NCBI GenBank assembly: GCA_002633005.1
Contig: NMRA01000105.1
Span: forward strand, 660,010-724,009
Length of the DNA stretch: 64,000 nucleotides
DNA from: Phoronis australis
Taxonomy: Eukaryota > Animalia > Phoronida
Reading direction: 5' to 3'
Both the position numbers and the translations under genes were made by a program. This document shows positions 24,876 to 35,030 of this stretch, one piece after another (position 1 is the stretch's first letter; the number at the start of each line of letters is the position of its first letter). The notes under the pieces are model-generated. The model saw nothing but the letters and a program-made list of their open reading frames with translations, was not told the origin of the DNA and searched no databases.

Positions 24876-25686
24876 ACAAATACAAAATAAAACTCATACT
24901 TCAAGCAAAATGAGTGAAAACATCTTGAACATACAGAAATACTTGAAGAAAGATTCTTTCACTTTTTGAATTAAACTTTTATCACATTTTAGAATAAAGC
25001 ACAATTCAAATGAATAAAAAGACAAGATGTGTCCACACTATGAGTTACTCTAGTACAGCTTGCACTTAAATGACTCACATTATCAGTATCAAAATAAGGA
25101 GCTTTGGCAAATGGCACTTGACTATATGTTTGCTCATGTATTTGGACATTACCATCTTGCAATTGCGGAATGCAATTGAAAGACAATTTAGTGAATAAAG
25201 TGGTCAACAAATTCAAGAGACAAAACATAACAGGAAAATGAAGGCGCATCAGGCAATTACTTCAGTTGGAAAATCTGCAGCCACAAAGCGACTAGCAATG
25301 GGACAAATTACCCTCCAACGAATTACCTTGATAAGGTGGGGTACAATGTCACCAGGGCTTGGAATGACCAATGATGTATACCATTGTTCCACAAATAAAT
25401 AAGCTTGTGGGAAAGAAATATTTTTCTGCTACAAAAATTTTACTAAAACAAACGCTTTTGCATGAATAAAGCCAAAATAATGGAGAAAACTGGAAATTAA
25501 ATGACAGGATATAGAAACCAAAAAAGAGAAATCCTTTTTAAAGAGGAACATTCCAAGCCTCGTGTCCCACCTGTAAAGTTGCCCTATTACAAATGGCGTC
25601 CAAACTACCACTTAACATAATGTCAACCCGTTCTAGTAGTAACTCACAGTGTGGGTGGCAGTAATGATAATGCACGATAACTGCGG

Positions 25687-27969
25687 TCAAAGGCAGGTTA
25701 CTTCAACTGCATCGTGAACAACATCACACTGCATAGTGGCATCATCATGATATACTGTTCCATTGATCATCACCACTGTCTGGTCGTTTTTGTCTTCATC
25801 ATCATCATGCGGAATGTAACCAAGATTTGTAGCACCAGTAAAACCATTGAGAGATCTGTCCGACACCTTTGTCAACAGACCGATAGTTGAAGAACTTGAT
25901 TGAATCCATTTATGGTCTCTGATAGGATCTGAGGAAGATCGCTTTGTAGACGAGACTCTTTTAAATTCATGCTCTCTCAGTCCTACGTCTTTCTCCAAGT
26001 GGAAGGACACAGATCTTCTCTTGCTAGAAGCCAGACTGACAGACTTGTTAAATATCAATTTTTTTTTATTTGAGTGACTAGTCCTGCTAGACAAGGCTAC
26101 GTTCTTGACATCAAGCACAATCCCTGAATTGGCACTGCAGGTATCGTTCTCACCTGTCTTTCCTAATGAATTGTTCACAGACTTATGATATTGGCAAGAC
26201 ATATTCGTACTGTCAGTGGGGATTTGATATTTGTAAACTGAACTCAACCTAACATTGTCAGCCTGTGGCAGTTTAGTACGCTGTGGACAGTCAGAGTTCC
26301 AAGCACCATCCAGCTCTTTTTTGAATAACTTGAGCTCCTTTAATGTCTTCTGAAATTCACGATCAAGCAGACGAGACCGTTTAAAACTGCTGGACGCTAG
26401 AGCCGGCACCTTCAATGAGTCCATTCTCGCACTGTCCCACAAACCTGCCTTAGACCTAACTAAAGGCCTTTTAAAATTCGGTGAGCGGTTTTCGTCATTC
26501 TCAGATGCACGAACAGGAGGCAACTTAGGAGGGCCAGCCTTTGCATTTTTGTCAGGATCCTGATGTACGTCTGCAGTGACTTCATGCAAAACTATTTTTG
26601 GTAAAGGCTGTTTAATTGGTCCAGTTAAGTTTTGAACTGACTTTCCCCTCCTTATAGTTAAAGCTAACTTTCTCAATGTTTCCAAATGACTTTGAGCTAT
26701 GCTGTCAGAAAAGGTGACACGCAAAGGTGCACATGGTTTAGGCTTCAGGGTGCAAAGGCTCTGGCTGCGTTTTAATTTAAAAGAAGGAACTTCTGATATT
26801 AAATGTTCAAATCTCTGATAATTCGTCCTACAGGATGATGGCAAGACACTGATTTGAGTCTCATTACTGGCACTTCGAGAGGCACAAATTTTAAAGTTTT
26901 CTACCGAGGTAGATAAGTCTGTGGTATGTGAGTATCGCCGTTCCCGCGACGATGAAGACCCAGGGCTTATGCTGTCATCAACTGAAATCACCGATACAGT
27001 TGATCTTGTAGTGGCATTTCGATCACTGTATCTAGAAATTCCTTTGCTGTTCTTGCAACACCTACGAAACATGTGACGAATAACTTTGGCAATAACCTGC
27101 AAGATTTGCTCAGCATGAGATAAATGGAGAAATGTTGAAATAAACGCTTTGCCTAATAACAGACTAAACAAAATCAAGTAAAAATTTTCTGAATTTGGAT
27201 TTCTATAGAACAATCCAATTTTAGAAAACAAGAAGAAGTATGTAAACCAGCTGGCTATAGCTACAGTTGTCAGCAAAAGTTCTATACGCGTTCCATTCAT
27301 AAAATACATGTTTTTGCGGAACATGTCACTGTTAAGTGTCCACAGTGACCTCTTTTGAACATTGAAGAAAAAGTCTAAATGAAGGCAACACGTAGTCACT
27401 AACGCCATGGCGATAAGAATCACCATAGTGATGATATATGAGGTATCGTAGTATTCAAACAGTTGACAAGCGTGTGGTTGGCCATTCAGTAGTTCAATGT
27501 TCCAACCCATCTGAGGAACAAATCCAAAGATGAAAGCACCATTCCAAATAAATATCATGAAGGTGATGACTAGTGATTTATCCACAGTGTTTATGTATCT
27601 CACAGGTGACACCATTCGTAGATAGTTATCCGTAGTGAATCCCAAGATCAAGAAACTGCTTGCAAACATTCCAGTGTAGAGAACACTTTCTCCAAGAAAG
27701 CAGTTGATGTTTACTTTGTACATCATCAACTGAGCGGGTGTTTCAAATGCCTTCACAACAGGCGCCAGTGCTATGAAGGTGTCCGCCACGCATAAGCTAC
27801 GAATGAAAATCAGCGTAGGACTTTTCCCGCCACTGGTGTATTTTGAAGCAAAAAGAATTCCCGTGTTGATCACAAAAAGCACGAAACCCAAACCACAGTT
27901 GGTCCACAAAACGATTACAGTCCACTCAAGGCCAGCTGGTAAGGTCTGTGTGCTGTTACTGGTGTTCAT
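25687..27969 (-). CDS. Orphan class A (rhodopsin-like) GPCR, 760 aa, single coding exon, very long C-terminal tail
   Basis: Seven hydrophobic segments. N-terminal N-glycosylation sites (NTS, NST). TM1 N (VINTG), TM2 SLCVAD, TM3 Cys and TDNYLRMVSPVRY, TM4 W...VPQMGWN, ECL2 Cys, helix 8 followed by CC. The ORF track start (27990) is GTG; the first in-frame ATG is at 27969, with an in-frame TAA upstream at 28018-28020. Confidence 0.93.
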   Translation of the reverse strand: MNTSNSTQTLPAGLEWTVIVLWTNCGLGFVLFVINTGILFASKYTSGGKSPTLIFIRSLCVADTFIALAPVVKAFETPAQLMMYKVNINCFLGESVLYTGMFASSFLILGFTTDNYLRMVSPVRYINTVDKSLVITFMIFIWNGAFIFGFVPQMGWNIELLNGQPHACQLFEYYDTSYIITMVILIAMALVTTCCLHLDFFFNVQKRSLWTLNSDMFRKNMYFMNGTRIELLLTTVAIASWFTYFFLFSKIGLFYRNPNSENFYLILFSLLLGKAFISTFLHLSHAEQILQVIAKVIRHMFRRCCKNSKGISRYSDRNATTRSTVSVISVDDSISPGSSSSRERRYSHTTDLSTSVENFKICASRSASNETQISVLPSSCRTNYQRFEHLISEVPSFKLKRSQSLCTLKPKPCAPLRVTFSDSIAQSHLETLRKLALTIRRGKSVQNLTGPIKQPLPKIVLHEVTADVHQDPDKNAKAGPPKLPPVRASENDENRSPNFKRPLVRSKAGLWDSARMDSLKVPALASSSFKRSRLLDREFQKTLKELKLFKKELDGAWNSDCPQRTKLPQADNVRLSSVYKYQIPTDSTNMSCQYHKSVNNSLGKTGENDTCSANSGIVLDVKNVALSSRTSHSNKKKLIFNKSVSLASSKRRSVSFHLEKDVGLREHEFKRVSSTKRSSSDPIRDHKWIQSSSSTIGLLTKVSDRSLNGFTGATNLGYIPHDDDEDKNDQTVVMINGTVYHDDATMQCDVVHDAVEVTCL

Positions 27970-27977
27970 AATAGCCT

Positions 27978-28120
27978 TCACATGATACACCTCTTGCTGA
28001 GGGACAGTCGGACGTAGTTAGCCAATAACCAGTAACTTCTGCAATGTCATGACAAGCGTTCTCTCTTTGCTAGTTAACTCGACACTTCATCGAAGAGCTG
28101 GATCTGAAATAAGCAGACTG
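27978..28120 (-). promoter_or_regulatory. Splice acceptor and 5' UTR part of the GPCR coding exon, with three uORFs
   Basis: Minus strand tctgcttatttCAG|atcc (CAG at 28104-28106). uORFs at 28090-28070 (MKCRVN*), 28050-28018 (MTLQKLLVIG*) and 27983-27978 (ATG TGA). Confidence 0.6.
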
Positions 28121-28148
28121 ATTAAGAAACAGGGAAAAGTATTAACAG

Positions 28149-28429
28149 TAAGGCCAAAGGAAATAGCACAATTGGTTCTGGTATGTAATTTTTTTCGAAA
28201 ACTGGGAGAAGGGCGCCTGCCATGAGTCAAAACAAAGTGAAATTGAGGTCATGAAAGAGGTGACCCACTGAGTTGCCAAGCGGATTCATTAAAAAAACTA
28301 ACTAACTAACTAACTTAAATAACTAACCAACTTAAATGTAACTTATGAAAAAAGAACTTTCCAAAAAATTGTGCGCGTGAGCGATTTTTATTCCTCTTTA
28401 AACAGCGAGGCACAGAAAAGAACCAATTA
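28149..28429. mobile_element. MITE starting TAAGGCCAAA, containing an (AACT)n tract; right TIR interrupted
   Basis: aattggttct (~28170) / agaaccaatt (~28419) inverted pair; (AACT)n at ~28296-28335. Confidence 0.45.
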
Positions 28430-28646
28430 CAGTAAAACCTCAGAAATTTCTAACAAAATAATTGCCAATATTGGCCTCTCACAGGCCCATAACGTTATTT
28501 ATGCCCACAAGTTTTCAAAGCACTGGCCAATGGTAGCTAAGGGACACAAATGAAGACTGATAAACTCTTTGTTTTGCACTACACACCTTTTATGAAAAAA
28601 ATCACTTCTCCCCTATATTGTGTCCTAAAGTGCTAAGGTTTTACTG
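28430..28646. mobile_element. Tigger/pogo-like MITE
   Basis: TA-cagtaaaacctcagaaattt ... aaagtgctaaggttttactg-TA; 17 of 20 TIR bases match. Confidence 0.8.
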
Positions 28647-29544
28647 TACTCTATCTTCTTCGTCGCAACTTCTAGGCACGATTAGCAAACCTAACCTAAT
28701 TTACATGGTCCCAAAGTCCCCAACACAAAAAGGTATTCAGTCACTAAGACGAGATTCCACATTTGCCTGTCATCTGTCTGATTTCTCAAGACACTAACGT
28801 CTCACTGAACCAGCATGCAGCAGTTGACGAACTTCCACTATCAGCTGCTGCCTGTCGTAAAGCACGTCAGCATCATCAAGCAGCTTTTAAGAGCCACGGT
28901 AGAAAATGAACGATTTCTGAGAAATTAGCTACCAGAGCTGCAGGAGGTCCAAAATCAATTAAAGTGAGTGGCAAAACATTATTTGCTAAATCTTAATTGC
29001 CAAGATAATGACACCTTAGGCTTTAAATTATGAAACATATTTACTCAAAAATGAAAATTGCTTCCTCGGTAAACATCAAAGACAATGCAAATGACAGAAA
29101 TAAGTGCAACCGGACCTTAAATCTCACAAACCAAAGACGTGGAGCCTTAGATATGTAGTCTTGATTTTTACTAAATTCATTTCATACAGATTTCCTTTGT
29201 CGAAGAATCAAGACCATTATGATGAAACGTGACCTCCAGTTGTGGCACAAATCAAAGAATCCATTTACTAATGAAATGCTTAGCTTCTGCTGCAAAGAAA
29301 CGTTACAACGCAATTATTCTTCTAGTATTCGACAAGTAACACGGAAAATAAGAAATTCCATCAAATCTTTTGCATTTTCAAATTTGACGGCATGTCCAGG
29401 GGGCATTTTGGCAAGTTCTAACCATTCTTCGCATAGTCATTTGTACAGCATGCAGTTACTGTCTGCGGACATTGACTAAGATTTCCAAATTGGTGCCTTT
29501 GGTAAAACTGCAGGAAAATGGTGTCCTATTTCCTGCGCTTAGCA

Positions 29545-31410
29545 CAACACTTAACTATTCCCTGTACACACTTAAAAACTATTATCTGTGCTTAACACAT
29601 TCATACAAACTTAAAAACTATTACATGTACTAAACATATACATACCGTAAACATTCGGATTAACACCCATGTTCACTTAACCGCCCATCCCCTACTTTAG
29701 GTGGATTATCGATGTAACCGCCCACTGCTCGGTTAACCACCCCTCAGCTATTTTTGAAGATTTCCAGTTAAGAGCCCATCTCCAACTTTTGAAGATTGAT
29801 GATTACGCACCCAGTGCTAAGGAAATGCGTGATTACCCATTTTAAGATAAAAAACCATGATAACAAAGAGTGCAATGACAGCGTCAGAGAGGTGGTTTGG
29901 CAATGTGAATAATAATACAAGTAACAAATCATTGTCCCGAGTCATGGATTTACTTCAAAATGTAATACCTCGAATGCTTTGTCACTTTATTTTCTTCTCA
30001 TGCTCGCAAATTTAAGTTTAAGAACCACCACTTTCAGCCACGCTGTCTGCCGCACTGAGATTCCGAATGCAGTGCACTAGATAAAACATATATTCGAAAT
30101 AATCAGGCCAGAGAAATGCTGTGACAGTGGTTTTGCCAACCCTCTCAATGAGCTTTAGGTTGGAAGCTCTCGGTTTTTTAAGAATTTCCATAACTCACAA
30201 AAAGGTGTCAAATTTTCCCTATTTTGATGAATATAATTGCCAGGTTATCGAGGATATCCGTCTTTTAAGTACAGGCGTGCGTGAGTAACGTCAGGACCTA
30301 GTTAAAATGAAGCTAAAGTTACATGTTTTTATTTAAAATACACAGCAATATCTCACATAATCTCGCAAAGTATTGGTTTTTAGAGTGGTCCTAGCGTTAC
30401 TGAATGGGAGGCTGGTAAAGACGCATTGCTTGTTAGATCTCGTCACTAGTCACATAGCTAACCAGGGGTGCCATTTACCCGAATAATTGGGGCTTTATCT
30501 ACGAATTATTTTTACCGATGCCGTGCGTGTAAGAACTAATTATCCCTCAAACTCCAGTCAAAGTCATTAGTATTTTTTTAAATAAAATTTTAAGCAAATA
30601 CATGTTCTTGACTCCATTGCTGTAACTATGTTTTGATTGACAACTGCCTCGTGTTCGCTTGCGTGCTATTTTTGTTGTCATGCGTACCGTAGCATGTTTC
30701 AGGCTACGGAAAGTGAGCGGCGCCCAGATATTAGACAGGCCCCAAAAACAATTAAATCTGAATTAAGTTTTCAAACTTATATTACAACTAATTTTAAAAC
30801 TGCTCTTGGGCTCAGCCTAGAACTTGGGACAGCTAGAACTCGGGACCAAACATAAATTTAATCTATGCTGTGACCTAATGTGCACTAATCACACAGTAAA
30901 AATGGGCCAGCATGTGACCACAACTGGGTTAAAATGACAGCACAGTTACCGCCTGCTACGTAGGTGAACATGTTCACCAATGTCTGCGAAGTATAGTGAA
31001 AGTAAGAGTAGAATTAGCAATAATCGTTTTCATCTGAGGCGCTGAACTATGCAGCACGCGTTCTATGCAAACGTTCGGAATGATTTGACCACAGTCCACA
31101 AATTCGAAACAGTGTGTTAGTTAGAGTGTGCAGGATACGCATTTCGTGACAATAAAGGTCTTTGCAAAGTCACGCGTTCCCAGTACGTGTGGGGACTCAG
31201 ATCATGAGTTAAGATTAACCGCCCAGGGCGGCTGTATGTCGTAATAAGCACCCATGCCAGGTTAACCGCCCACCCCCAAATTTTTGGGTTCACCAATTTA
31301 ACTGCCCAGGGCGCTAACCCGAACGTTTACGGTAGTACACACCTTAAAATTATTACCTGTGTGCACTTAACACATTCACCCATACTTAAAAACTATTCCA
31401 AGTGCTTACT
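29545..31410 (+). repeat. ~40-bp minisatellite (cacttaaaaactattacctgtgcttaacacattcata) split by a transposon
   Basis: Units at 29545-29644 and again at 31335-31410, on either side of the 29645-31332 element. Confidence 0.7.
29645..31332. mobile_element. Non-autonomous pogo/Tc1-type element with CCGTA termini
   Basis: TA-ccgtaaacattcggattaacaccc ... gggcgctaacccgaacgtttacgg-TA; subterminal TTAACCGCCC repeats at both ends; no transposase ORF. Confidence 0.88.
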
Positions 31411-34368
31411 ATATTTATTCAATAAAAAATATGATATGAAGGTGTTGATAGTGGGTATACTCACGCCAATCACTTGGGAGACAATAGCGTAACATGCGAA
31501 AAAAAAATTACACAAGAGATATATATGGCAGCCTAATAATTCATTTATGAATTCTGATTTGCTGCTTTCGTGAGGACTAAAAATATGACACACCAAAACT
31601 CCAACACACGTGCCTTTAGTGTAAATTCATGTGAAGACACTAACATTTTAATGAAAGCACCCTAGACGACACTTGGTAAAATTGGAAGGAAAAATGACGG
31701 TGACAGTGACAAAGAATAGCCTTGAACAATAGACAGAAAACCAACCAGTCGGTAGAACGAACAGTCGTCATTACTGTGAGAAACAATTATCACATTCCTC
31801 ATAGCATCCGTTCACAAACTGAGTTTCAGACAGATCTGCCTAAGGACACTTAGATCCACAGAGGATCAGAGCACCATCTTGAGTCCAATTAGAATAAATA
31901 CAATAGCCCTCAAGCTACTGACGAGATATGTGATGCGTGTAAAATTCATGTCAATCAAACAAAAACTGTGACCTACAACGTGGTCCAATCCATTGAACAA
32001 TAAATACATTAAAGGGATACCAAATGTAGTTCTGTCTTATTTACAGATACTAAAGATGACTTTCTTATCCAATTCTCTGAAACAAATGCTCTGTAACCCT
32101 TGACAACCCCCAAAAATTTGGAAAAATTTTGAAAACTCCTTTCAAAGTCTGCTAAACGGGCAAGCATGACATATGCTTTTTAGCGAATGACGTGGCAACT
32201 GCGGGAAAAGACCACCCACTAAGAACCAAAGCATCCAATTTGTGACAAAGGGGATGAGTTTTTAGTTGATTCCTGCGTTAATCTTTTCAGATCAACGCCA
32301 ATGACGCATTAGCAGGTGACAGAACGAGGATTGATTGAAATCATCAAAACATGGTTTTAGTATCCTTTTAATAATCTTGTCAATAAAACATCAGTCACCA
32401 GAATATATGAAACAACTAACGCACAGTAGAAGTGTAGCGAGAAACAGATTCAGATAACCCTCGAGACCAATTCACAAACGGCATTTCAAACAAATTGTTA
32501 TCCCAAATCTATCGGAGATCTCTTTCACTAAACCTTTATGCCTCTCACCATTCTACCTTCTGAAATGCAATGCAAAACAACAGCTCGCACCAGTGATTGC
32601 CAACGTACTAAGTCAAATCTTTTGTATCACATGCATCATGAACATTCCTTCCCACCTAATCAAACCACGACATTAAAACAAGACCTGGCGCAAATTTTGC
32701 ATTAAACATTTAATTACCAGAGTGCAAATTTGAGACTGTCACCCACTCCATTGAATCAAAGCACAATAGCATGACTATAAATTTTGTTTAAAGTTTGCCT
32801 CACTCAAATGGAATCATTCTTGGCTTGGGAAGAACACAAAGATTGTTAGTGACGTAATGTGACGATCCCCAAAATGCGGGACAGGTTCCATTCTCAATAG
32901 ATGGAGTGTACTTGGCGCTTAGCATCTTTCAGTTACATAAGAGAAATGGTTTATCTTAGTTAAAAAGTGACAATGCCTGACAGTTATCACCTGTTTTCGA
33001 GGTGTTCTAATTTGTACCCAGAGACCACGTTAGCTGTCCATGGTCCAACTCCACTCCCAGCATTCTTTTGTGATAATCTACATTGAAACTGTCACTGAAA
33101 AGGACACCAGAGCAGGGACATGTTGGAGAGTCAGTCAATTTCTTCCTGTTAAAGTTATTATGTAAGAAAAATATCATGCAAGAGCATTGCTTCTTAGATC
33201 AAGACACCTAGCAAGATCACGCCAAATGCAATGTAAAACAACATATTGATCACAGCATAGGGAGATGACCATTCTAGCATAGAAAGGCAAAGCTGCTGAC
33301 AGTAGCTCTTTACCCGTCTAATACACAACATAGGGCGGACAAGAGATATTTTTCTTGGTCAAATTTCTCAACAAAAATGACGAATAAGCGAACTATGAAC
33401 TATCATTAGATTCTTGAGAAGATGACGTATGACAACATAGGGCAAGGTCGCCATTGTTATCATCAAAGGAAATCTGCCTTTGAAAAATAAAAAAATACTC
33501 ATTTGTCACAACATTCTTGTGTAGTAAGTAACCAATAACAGTACATGTTAAACAGGAATGTCAATGTAAACTGCAAACAAGTTGAACCTTTCAGATTGGC
33601 TTCGGTAGTTAACATAAACCGAGCTTATAAGATTCTTGATGATTGAGTCATCAAAGTTGTCACTAGATGGTGCTGAGAAAACATTAGGTTAGTTTCCAAA
33701 TATGACAAATCGCACGCAAGGTGTATATGTTCAGATAATAAATGAAACAAATGGTAGCATGGTGAATATTTGAATAAAATATCGAGCAAAATATCAACAG
33801 CCACATAATAATTTTGATGACACCAAAGTTAACCTTTGGCACACGAGAAGGAACTGATGCTTCCCTGTCAAATCCACCTGTGTACTACAGAGTGGTGACT
33901 TAAGCTCTGATCAAACTCTAACCGACACTCCACAAAACAAAAAATTCAACGCTTTGACTAAATGTGAAAGGTGGTATTAAGACCTTCCTACTATATCCAT
34001 TCTTACCATACATTAAGATATTTCTCACCACAAGTCACTCACAAAACGAGCCAAAGATCTTTCTTGCGACGTTGACTTCCTAGTAGAGTAGTATCAACTA
34101 TAACGTAGAAAGAAGCTTAAGCTTTCTGATTACCTTTGACAGTTACCTGGCATTAAACTGATTGCTGGTTAATATAATTGTCAACCAAACCATCATTAGG
34201 GAGTGCTATGACTCAAGACATATGACTTTTTACTCAGTCAGGTCAAGTACACATGAAGTGAATAGAAATGTGTACAAGGATGCTTCATGAAAAATGAACG
34301 AAACTTCACTTGGCGGCCATACTATCCCGTAAATAGACGAGATCTAACTGTAACACTTACATACCTTG

Positions 34369-34575
34369 ATGAAAAATATAAATCGGTAAATAAAACAACA
34401 AGAATGGATCAACTGAAATTTGAAATTTTCGGAGGTAACAACTTCCTTTATCAACAAAAACAGAAATAATATTTTTATTTCTGTTTTTGTTGATAAAGGA
34501 AGTTGTTACCTCCGAAAATTTCAAATTTCAGTTGATCCATTCTTGTTGTTTTATTTACCGATTTATATTCTTCAT
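34369..34575. repeat. Perfect long palindrome (95-bp arms, 5-nt spacer), probably a Penelope-type inverted pLTR
   Basis: 34375-34469 is the exact reverse complement of 34475-34569. Each arm contains TTGATAAA-ggaagt-tgtt-acctcc-GAAA-atttc. Confidence 0.9.
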
Positions 34576-35030
34576 TTCACGAAACAATAGTATCCTTGGG
34601 AGGATCTGGATCGCCTTATTTAGTTTCAGATATATTTTCTACGTTATTGATGAAAAACTAATATTAATACAATTACCAGAGTAGAAAACAAATTTGAAGT
34701 GAAATCTTCCCAATAGGGATCAACATTCTTTTAATTTGTATTGCTCACCTCACCATGCCCACTCTCCGTATCAGTCTGTAACTGCTTCACATACTACACA
34801 AATGGTTAAAAAAACAGAAATACCTGCTTTATAATAATCACCATGACGTCAGCTGCTCATCTTTCTATTACATGTTATCAAAAATGCATTATCACTTATA
34901 CAATGACTACGAACTCTCTGACCGTTGCCCATGCTTATTAAGACTCATCATGGCAAACACTTTCTGAATGACGCAACAGATTGATTGCACAATCTGGCGA
35001 CTTGCGAGCATCAGATCAGAAACTCAAATA

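Noticed and set aside
27773-27985. Antisense 70-aa ORF over the GPCR (likewise 12910-13146 over the RT)
   Set aside because: Shadow ORFs on the opposite strand of real coding sequence.
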